Shown: positions 57,076-64,000 of the stretch, piece after piece
How the letters are laid out: each line of letters opens with the position of its first letter
Numbering within the stretch: the first letter of the stretch is position 1
Origin: Candidatus Niyogibacteria bacterium
GTDB taxonomy: Bacteria > Patescibacteriota > Minisyncoccia > JACROR01
Direction of reading: 5' to 3'
Assembly (NCBI GenBank): GCA_016186495.1
Contig: JACPLO010000010.1
Location: 26,905-90,904, forward strand
DNA length: 64,000 nucleotides
The notes under the pieces: model-generated
What the model was told of the DNA's origin: nothing
The model's input: the letters and a program-made list of their open reading frames with translations, nothing else
Databases searched by the model: none
Made by a program: the position numbers and the translations under genes

Positions 57076-57380
57076 TTTAATTCCCTCCTTTTATTCTTTA
57101 TTTAAATTTAAAAGTTCTAAAAAAAAATTCTGAAGGCTGGCCTTCAGAACAATATAAAAACTCCCCTTTAAGAATAGAGTCGTTTCCAGTTTTCACTGGA
57201 AGCCCTTTTTCTTAAAGTTTAATTAATTTTAATTCAAGCCAAAAAATTTGTCAAATTTTTCATCTGATTGCGCAATAATCGGACAAACAAGTAAAATTAG
57301 TTGTTAAATAAGCAATTTTGTTTTACCATAGGGTAAAGAATTCTTTGATAATTAAACTTTAACGAATGGAATAAACGGAG

Positions 57381-58376
57381 GTGAAAATGGCTGATAAAAA
57401 GAGTAAAAAAATCAGAGATGACATTAGAAACGATCTTATAGAAATTCCCGCTTTATTTTTTATTAATTACATTCTTTTGCCCGGCAGCGAATATGAAATA
57501 ACGCTCAATAAATTGCCGCAAATTTCTGAAAAAAATTACTTGAAATTGAAAATCATTCTCAATGAGCGGTATCAGAAGCAAATGGAAATAGCGATTGTCT
57601 GTTTTGAACGGACAGATTCCACTGTTTGTTTGCGGGAATGGGGCGTTATCGCCAGAATAACCGGCTTATTTCCGTTTAGAATTGACGCTTCACCCCTTGA
57701 TTTGCGGGTGCGAGTGATGGGACGTTGCCGGGTTTTCAGTTTTTCCCAAAATGAAGAACAAGATAATTGTTTTTTCGCGGCTATAAAAATCGCGCCTGTT
57801 CTGGCTATCAGCGAAGAAGAATGGCAAAGCAATGAAATCCAGAAATTAAAAAACGGCATTATTGAAGATTTTTTTGAATTTGCCGGTATTTGCGCGGAGA
57901 TTGCTGCGATTTTTTCCGAGAATAATCATAAAGATAAAGAAGAGAAATTTCTTTTTTTGTTTTTATTTTCTCAAAAAACCGCGATTAGCATGGAACTTTG
58001 TTTAAATTTTAAAGAATTCATTAAAATCATAAATGAATGGCTGGATTGCGTTTGTCTGGAAAAAGAAGCGGTTTTTAGTTATAAATTTCGTTTTTTAAGC
58101 TTGGATGGCGAACGCCAGCAGATGCGAATGATAAAAAATACGATAAATAATTTAATTGGCATGGCGGAAAATACGTTATTAAAGGGGGATTCCCCGTCTT
58201 TTAAAGAAGATTTATGGTCAGGAAAGAGAAATTTTTCAGCTGAAAACCGCCAATCATCGGAAAAATATGAAAGAGATTTTTCCGCCGCTCAAAAAGAATT
58301 ATCGGAGCGTTTGGAAGAGGTCTTAAAAAAACTGAACCTTTTAAAAAATGTTTTGACGGGAGGTGAAGAAAAATGA
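57381..58376 (+). CDS. stand-alone Lon N-terminal (LonN substrate-binding)-like domain protein
   Basis: IPALFFINYILLPGSEYEITL resembles the Lon N-domain start (lPvlPlr..vlfPg..lpl); central beta-rich region then a helical C-terminus; 4-bp overlap (ATGA) with the next gene. Confidence 0.45.
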   Translation: MKMADKKSKKIRDDIRNDLIEIPALFFINYILLPGSEYEITLNKLPQISEKNYLKLKIILNERYQKQMEIAIVCFERTDSTVCLREWGVIARITGLFPFRIDASPLDLRVRVMGRCRVFSFSQNEEQDNCFFAAIKIAPVLAISEEEWQSNEIQKLKNGIIEDFFEFAGICAEIAAIFSENNHKDKEEKFLFLFLFSQKTAISMELCLNFKEFIKIINEWLDCVCLEKEAVFSYKFRFLSLDGERQQMRMIKNTINNLIGMAENTLLKGDSPSFKEDLWSGKRNFSAENRQSSEKYERDFSAAQKELSERLEEVLKKLNLLKNVLTGGEEK

Positions 58377-59596
58377 CGATGGCTGATAAGGCGCAGGTTT
58401 TTGATTTCTCTCCGGGCAGGGCGGAAAAAAACATTATTTCTCATCTTAACCGATTTGTGGTTGGCCAAGAAAGAGCTAAAAAAAGAATAGTTGACATTGT
58501 TTTGCGCCGGGAAACCGGTTTTCGCGATCCGCGCCGGCCTTTAGGAGTGATTTTTCTTTTAGGTCCGACCGGCGTGGGAAAAACAGAATTGATTAAAGCG
58601 ACCGCTGATTTTTTGTTCGGTAATCTTGGCGCTTATACTCACATTAGCTGCCCTAATTTTCAAAACGGGCATGAAATTTCTCAATTAATCGGTTCGCCGG
58701 CCGGATATGTCGGCTATAATCAGGAACCGTTTTTATCGCAAAACAACATTGATAAACATGATTTTTACCGCCGAATGGAAATGATTGAAGATTTTGAAAA
58801 GCGGCTAAAATATCATAGTGAATCAATAAAATCAATAAATTCCGCCAATTTGAAACAGGAAAAAGAATCAATATTAAAAGAAATAGAATCTTTAATAGAG
58901 AGAATCTGGGTATTAAAAAATCAATTAAAAAATAAAAGATTTTTTTCGCTGGTGCTTTTTGATGAATTTGAAAAAGCTCATCCCAAGCTTCAGGAAATGC
59001 TTTTGGAAATTTTAAGCGACGGCGCGCTTTCTCTAATGAGCGGCAAAAGGGTGGATTTTACCAACACCATTATCGCTTTAACCGGAAATATCGCCAGCAA
59101 AGAGATTAAAGAAGAAATGAGCGGATCTAAAATCGGCCTTCGTTTTCATTCCGAGCTGACGGAAAATTCTTCTAAAAGAATCTATAAGATAGTTTTAGCC
59201 AGATTGGAAAAAACCGTTTCGCCGGAAATTTTGGGCCGAATCGGCAAGGAAGGCGTTGAGGTTTGTAATTTTCTAAACCAAGAAGAAATGGCCGAAGTTT
59301 TAGAACTTCAAATAAAAGGATTGGAGGAACGTGTAAAAAATAACGCAAAGGCGTTCAAACTTTATATCTGTGAAGGCGTAAAACAATTTCTGCTAAGCGA
59401 AATTCAAGACCGGACAAATATCTTTTTGGGCGCTCGCGCGCTTTTGAATGTTTTTAAAAAAAGAATTGAAAATCCTCTGAATAAGCTACTGGCCAAAGAT
59501 GAAGATGAAGGCGGCATTGCCAAGGGGGATATTGTGAAAATTCGGCTTAAAAAAAGCAAAGATAAAGAAGAACTGGAATTTACGCGCCAAATCTAA
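58373..59596 (+). CDS. single-ring Clp/Hsp100 D2-type AAA+ ATPase (ClpA/ClpC-like, with IGL ClpP-docking-type loop)
   Basis: Walker A GPTGVGKTE; LIGSPAGYVGY (Clp D2 signature); Walker B VLFDEFEKAH; sensor region VDFTNTIIALTGN; SKIGLRFH (IGL tripeptide); C-terminal ...GARALLNVFKKRIENPL small domain; no N-domain or D1. Confidence 0.7.
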   Translation: MTMADKAQVFDFSPGRAEKNIISHLNRFVVGQERAKKRIVDIVLRRETGFRDPRRPLGVIFLLGPTGVGKTELIKATADFLFGNLGAYTHISCPNFQNGHEISQLIGSPAGYVGYNQEPFLSQNNIDKHDFYRRMEMIEDFEKRLKYHSESIKSINSANLKQEKESILKEIESLIERIWVLKNQLKNKRFFSLVLFDEFEKAHPKLQEMLLEILSDGALSLMSGKRVDFTNTIIALTGNIASKEIKEEMSGSKIGLRFHSELTENSSKRIYKIVLARLEKTVSPEILGRIGKEGVEVCNFLNQEEMAEVLELQIKGLEERVKNNAKAFKLYICEGVKQFLLSEIQDRTNIFLGARALLNVFKKRIENPLNKLLAKDEDEGGIAKGDIVKIRLKKSKDKEELEFTRQI

Positions 59597-59664
59597 AAAT
59601 TATTTAATTTTTAAAAAAGCAATCTGTAACGGATTGCTTTTTTCTTTTTTCGCCGCTATAATGA

Positions 59665-59772
59665 ATCCCGTTAGAAATCAAAACCTTAAAATGTTATTTA
59701 GACCAATAAAATGTTTTATTATTAACCACAGCAGTTTTTAGAAATTTCTAAAGGAACTATTTCTAACGGGAT
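59665..59772. mobile_element. MITE-like element, CCGTTAGAAA family (108-bp copy)
   Basis: ATCCCGTTAGAAAT ... ATTTCTAACGGGAT perfect inverted repeat; ATGAATC-like flanking duplication; intergenic between the Clp-like ATPase and uvrA. Confidence 0.6.
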
Positions 59773-59808
59773 GAATCATTAAATTATTAAACTAATAAAA
59801 CATAATTT

Positions 59809-62721
59809 ATGGCCGGGCAAAAAAAGAAGAACCAAAATTTCATCAGCATCAAGGGAGCGTGCGTCCATAATTTGAAAAATATTTCTTTAGATATCCCGAA
59901 AAATAAATTAACGGTTATTACCGGACTTTCCGGATCGGGGAAATCATCTTTGGCGTTTGACACGATTTACGCCGAAGCCGAGCGCCGCTTGCTGGATTCT
60001 TTTTCCGGTTATGCCCGCCAATTTTTAAACGTTAAAAACAAGCCCGAAGTGGAAGAGATTTCCGGTCTATCTCCGGCCATTGCCATTAACCAAAAAAATC
60101 TGGCGAAAAATTCTCGCTCCACGGTCGGCACGATTACTGAAATTTATGATTATTTGCGGGCGCTTTTTGTCCGGTTGGGAGAGCCGCAATGCCCGAAATG
60201 CGGAAAACTTCTTAAAAAACAGACCGTTGAGGAAATGTTTCAGGCAATTATGCGAGAGAGCCGCCAAAAGGCGGGCCGTTTGCTCTTTATTTTTGCCATT
60301 TTGGCGCGCGCAAAAAAAGGAGAACATAAAAAAGCGCTGGAGGGAATAAGAAAACAAGGATTTTTAAGGGTTAGAATTGACGGCGGCATTATGAGAATTG
60401 AAGAAGCGCTTGATTTAGATTTAGATTACAAAAAAAAACATACTCTTGAGGTGGTGGTTGATCGTTTGATTTTGGATAAAGAAACGGAAAAAGCGCGTTT
60501 AATGGAATCTCTTGAAACCGCGCTTTCTCTTGGTAAAGGAACGGCGGTCGTTTCCTTGGCTGACGGCCAAGCCGCGTCTTCAGCCGTTGAATTTGTTTCT
60601 TTCAAAGGCGCTCAAGAAATAATTTTCAGCCGGAATTTTTCCTGCGTTGACTGCGGTTTTTCTTTGGCGGCTTTGGAACCGCGGCTTTTTTCTTTCAATA
60701 ATCCGCAGGGGGCTTGCGAAAAATGCAGCGGTCTGGGAAATTGTTTGGAAGCGGATCCGGAATTGATTATTCCTAATAAGGATTTGACGCTGGCGGAAGG
60801 GGCAATCCATCCTTGGGCGCGTTTTTCTTCGGCCGCGGGCAAAGAATCTTGGCAGGAATGGATGCTGAAAGATTTGGCCCAGAAGCATAAATTCAGTTTG
60901 AATGTGCCGGTTAAAAATTTATCAAAAAAAGCCGTTGAATTGGTGATTTTTGGCGATTCGGCTTGCCGACCGGAAGATAAGGCCGGAAATTTTCAAGGCG
61001 TGGCGGCTGATCTTAAAAAACGGTGGCGCGAAACTGATTCGGAAAGAACGCGTTCGGAATTGGAACGTTATATGAGAGAAACTCTTTGTTCGGCTTGCGG
61101 AGGAAAAAGATTAAAATTGGAAGCGCGGTCAATATTTTTAAATTTAAGCGATAAGAAAAAATACAGCATAACTGATATCTCTAAAATGCCGGTTAGCCGG
61201 CTGCTCGCGTTTTTCAGCCGGCTTTCCGGTAATCTTCAAAAAAAACAAGCCGCGCTGGCGACTCCTTTGATTTCTGAAATAATAAAACGTTTGCGATCTT
61301 TAACGGAAGTGGGATTGGATTATCTTACTTTGGAAAGATCTTCGGTTGATTTAGCCGGCGGCGAAGCTCAACGCCTCAAATTAGCGACACAAATTAGTTC
61401 TGATTTGACCGGCGTAATTTACGTTTTAGATGAACCATCAATCGGGCTCCATCCCCAAGATCATCATCGCCTTTTAATGGCGCTTAAGAATTTAAGAGAT
61501 GCCGGCAATACGGTTTTGGTGGTGGAACATGATCTGGAAACCATTAAATCCGCGGATTGGATTATTGATCTCGGTCCCGGCGCGGGCCGCGGCGGCGGCG
61601 AAATAATTTTTGAAGGGACGCCGAACGAATTAAAACGGGTTAAAACTCTCACTGCCGATTATTTTACCGCCAGAAAAAAAGTGGAAATCGTTGACCATAA
61701 ATTTTTAAAATCAAATTCAAAAATTTTAAAACTTACGATTAAAGGCGCGAGCGAACATAATTTGAAAGGCATTGACGTAAAAATTCCTTTAGGATTATTG
61801 GTTTGCGTGTCCGGCGTTTCCGGTTCGGGAAAAAGCACTTTAATCGGCGATATTTTAGCTTTGGCTTTACGCCGTCATTTTTACGGCGCCAAGGATTTGC
61901 CGGGAAAACATAAAGAAATTACCGGAATGGAACATTTGGATAAGGTTGTGATCGTGGATCAGTCGCCGATCGGCCGGACACCGCGCTCCAATCCCGTCAC
62001 TTACACCGGCATTTTTTCTTTTATGCGCGACCTTTTCGCTGAAAATCAGGAAGGCCGGCGCCGCGGTTTTAAAACAAGCCATTTTAGTTTTAACGTTAAA
62101 GGCGGGCGTTGCGAAGAATGTGAAGGACAGGGGATGAAAAAAATAGAAATGGTTTTTTTGCCGGATATTTACGTGGAATGCGAAGAATGCCGCGGCGCCA
62201 GATATTGTCGGGAGGTTCTTGACGTGCGCCATAATAATCTGAACATCGCCGAGGCGCTGGATTTGCCTGTAGAAGAAGCGCTTGTTTTTTTTAAAGACAT
62301 TCCTCAAATTCAGCGGCGTTTGGCGGTTTTGGCGGAAGTAGGTTTGGGATATTTAAAACTCGGCCAGCCGGCGACGACTCTTTCGGGCGGGGAAGCCCAG
62401 CGGGTCAAACTGGCCGACGAGCTGGCGATAAAAGAAACCGGCCGAACGCTCTATATTTTAGACGAACCGACAACCGGTCTTCATAGCGCTGATACGCAAA
62501 AACTTTTATCCATTCTTTCTTCTTTAGTGAAAAAAGGGAATTCTGTTTTGATAGTTGAACATAATCTTGAAATAATAAAAAATGCCGATTGGATTATTGA
62601 TTTAGGGCCGGAAGGAGGCGAAAAAGGCGGAGAAATCGTGGCGGAAGGCACGGTTGAAGATCTTATTAAAAATAAAAAATCTCAAACCGGCCAATGGCTG
62701 GCCCGCGCGCTTAAATTTTAG
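59809..62721 (+). CDS. uvrA: excinuclease ABC subunit A
   Basis: 970 aa; two ABC modules ([18 protein letters not shown]), LSGGE signatures, zinc-finger CxxC pairs. Confidence 0.95.
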   Translation: MAGQKKKNQNFISIKGACVHNLKNISLDIPKNKLTVITGLSGSGKSSLAFDTIYAEAERRLLDSFSGYARQFLNVKNKPEVEEISGLSPAIAINQKNLAKNSRSTVGTITEIYDYLRALFVRLGEPQCPKCGKLLKKQTVEEMFQAIMRESRQKAGRLLFIFAILARAKKGEHKKALEGIRKQGFLRVRIDGGIMRIEEALDLDLDYKKKHTLEVVVDRLILDKETEKARLMESLETALSLGKGTAVVSLADGQAASSAVEFVSFKGAQEIIFSRNFSCVDCGFSLAALEPRLFSFNNPQGACEKCSGLGNCLEADPELIIPNKDLTLAEGAIHPWARFSSAAGKESWQEWMLKDLAQKHKFSLNVPVKNLSKKAVELVIFGDSACRPEDKAGNFQGVAADLKKRWRETDSERTRSELERYMRETLCSACGGKRLKLEARSIFLNLSDKKKYSITDISKMPVSRLLAFFSRLSGNLQKKQAALATPLISEIIKRLRSLTEVGLDYLTLERSSVDLAGGEAQRLKLATQISSDLTGVIYVLDEPSIGLHPQDHHRLLMALKNLRDAGNTVLVVEHDLETIKSADWIIDLGPGAGRGGGEIIFEGTPNELKRVKTLTADYFTARKKVEIVDHKFLKSNSKILKLTIKGASEHNLKGIDVKIPLGLLVCVSGVSGSGKSTLIGDILALALRRHFYGAKDLPGKHKEITGMEHLDKVVIVDQSPIGRTPRSNPVTYTGIFSFMRDLFAENQEGRRRGFKTSHFSFNVKGGRCEECEGQGMKKIEMVFLPDIYVECEECRGARYCREVLDVRHNNLNIAEALDLPVEEALVFFKDIPQIQRRLAVLAEVGLGYLKLGQPATTLSGGEAQRVKLADELAIKETGRTLYILDEPTTGLHSADTQKLLSILSSLVKKGNSVLIVEHNLEIIKNADWIIDLGPEGGEKGGEIVAEGTVEDLIKNKKSQTGQWLARALKF

Positions 62722-62819
62722 CAAACAGATTTTGTTAAAATTTAAAAAAATAGTAAGATAATATTATTAAGTTTTTTAATAATTTACTTCGATAGAAGTT
62801 TATCAGATAAATACGGAGG

Positions 62820-63617
62820 TTGATATTGGAAAATAATCAGATTGATTTAGATGAAGGGGCGTGGCGCTGGCTTTTTGACAACAGGACGGAAATTGAAATA
62901 GCGATGATTATTAACGCCGTTTGGCTTGATCCGGCGTATAAAATTAATGTTCTAAAATTTGGAAAGGAAATAAAAATAAATAGAAAAGCGGATGGATTGT
63001 TTTTCCGCCATTTTTCGTCGGCGAATAAAAACAGCCGCCATCATCGCCGGCCAAGATCAATCGGCGGCAAGAGCGGCGGTCAAAACGTTATTTTGGTGAA
63101 TCGCGATGATCATTGGGCGTGGCATAAATTATTCCGCAATTTTAGGCCCGATAAAATTGTGGAAAAAATAAACAGAAAATTTCTTTATTTAAATTCCGAT
63201 TATTGTTTTAAGCTTGTTTATTTGGCGGACCCTGAAGCCGGTAATGGCGTGGATAAAGAATCTTTGTTTTGTTGTGAAATATGCGGCGAGTCGTATTTTA
63301 GCGAAATGGAAGCCAGAAAATGCCGGAAACAAGGATGGCTGGCGCCGCGTTTTGCTTGCGGTGAAAGAGTGCTGATAAAAATAAAAGGTTGCTCGCCTCA
63401 AATAGGCACGATCGCGGGTTGGGATAACGCTTTTTCAATTAATTTTCATTTTTATGAAATGTATCTCGTGGAGACGGGGAACGGAGTGATGAAAAATGTG
63501 AATGCCAAGAAAATAAAATATGTTTTGAAAAATAACGGGCGCAGAGAAAAAAGAAAAAAACACGTTGTTTTTTCTAAAAAAGCGTTTAAAAAAGCGATAA
63601 AAAGGAAAAAATTTTAA
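62820..63617 (+). CDS. HNH-like nuclease-domain protein with C-terminal Cys4 zinc ribbon and basic tail
   Basis: TTG start after GGAGGT; SRHHRRPRSIGGKSGGQNVILVNRDDHWAWHKLF fits HH..P.S.GG....N..L.....H...H (HNH without Cys ligands); FCCEICGE...CRKQG...ACGE. Confidence 0.4.
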   Translation: MILENNQIDLDEGAWRWLFDNRTEIEIAMIINAVWLDPAYKINVLKFGKEIKINRKADGLFFRHFSSANKNSRHHRRPRSIGGKSGGQNVILVNRDDHWAWHKLFRNFRPDKIVEKINRKFLYLNSDYCFKLVYLADPEAGNGVDKESLFCCEICGESYFSEMEARKCRKQGWLAPRFACGERVLIKIKGCSPQIGTIAGWDNAFSINFHFYEMYLVETGNGVMKNVNAKKIKYVLKNNGRREKRKKHVVFSKKAFKKAIKRKKF

Positions 63618-63693
63618 GTTTTTAACAAAAATTCTAAAAAGAAGGCGAACCCGCCTTCTTTTTTATTAATGATTGAATTTCAAACCGAAGTTG

Positions 63694-63773
63694 ATCCCGT
63701 TAGAAAGTTAATAATAATTTTATGTTGAAAATATTTAATTATTATAATTTGCAAAGCGAGCTTTCTAACGGGG
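63694..63773. mobile_element. MITE-like element, CCGTTAGAAA family (80-bp copy)
   Basis: ATCCCGTTAGAAAGTT ... AGCTTTCTAACGGGG inverted repeat; intergenic upstream of groES. Confidence 0.55.
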
Positions 63774-63855
63774 TTGACAGAGTTTTTAATTTGTCTAAAA
63801 TACTTACATTAGCAATCTTTGGTCAAGACTGCTAAATCTAAATTTTATTTGAATT

Positions 63856-64000
63856 ATGGCAAAAATTAACATTAAACCTCTTGGCGATCGGGTTTTGATT
63901 GAACCAATCGCCGAAGATTTGAGAACCAAATCCGGCATTGTGATTCCGGATACCGCGGAAAAAGAGCGGCCGGAAAAAGGGAAAGTAGTTGCCGCGGGCG
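63856..64000 (+). CDS. groES: co-chaperonin GroES (partial; runs off window end)
   Basis: [48 protein letters not shown]. Confidence 0.85.
   Translation, partial: MAKINIKPLGDRVLIEPIAEDLRTKSGIVIPDTAEKERPEKGKVVAAG

Overview
This 64 kb window reads as an AT-rich, compact chromosome segment. From gene content alone it resembles a monoderm, reduced-genome lineage such as CPR/Patescibacteria. It includes the replication-origin neighbourhood: rpmH-rnpA-yidC-jag on the minus strand, then dnaA, an AT-rich spacer and dnaN.

Recognisable housekeeping genes are PBP1A, tyrS, ruvC, yebC, ruvB, a PilB/GspE ATPase, tsaE, polA, holA, rpsT, gpmI, clpP, an M50 protease, tsaD, rlmN, rplS, rluD-like, glutaredoxin, VIT1, htrA, infB, rbfA, murB, uvrA and a partial groES. 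Thirteen tRNA genes are also present.

The accessory content is:
- A minimal Gram-positive-type T4SS-like cluster (2.5-14.2 kb) with a split VirB4, VirB6-like, PrgI/VirB3-like and TrbC/VirB2-like pilin genes, plus large secreted proteins. One of these has a candidate -1 frameshift site (A AAA AAC) at its stop codon.
- A 1.7 kb GC-rich island bounded by 182 bp direct repeats. It sits at a tRNA-Pro that is itself nested between the halves of a tRNA-like sequence, and it is fused to the 3' end of a tryptophanase gene.
- A MITE-like repeat family with the terminal inverted repeat ATCCCGTTAGAAA. Copies lie in intergenic DNA, appear to lengthen the termini of polA, tsaD and ruvC, and in one case enclose a whole tRNA-Val.
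- Structured tandem repeats downstream of at least five tRNAs, each unit re-copying ('echoing') the tRNA 3' end.
- A two-gene operon encoding a stand-alone Lon-N-like domain protein and a single-ring ClpA/ClpC D2-type AAA+ ATPase.
- A Cys-rich gene of atypical composition next to tRNA-Gly.
- Metabolic genes unusual for such a genome: tryptophanase and a long acyl-CoA dehydrogenase.
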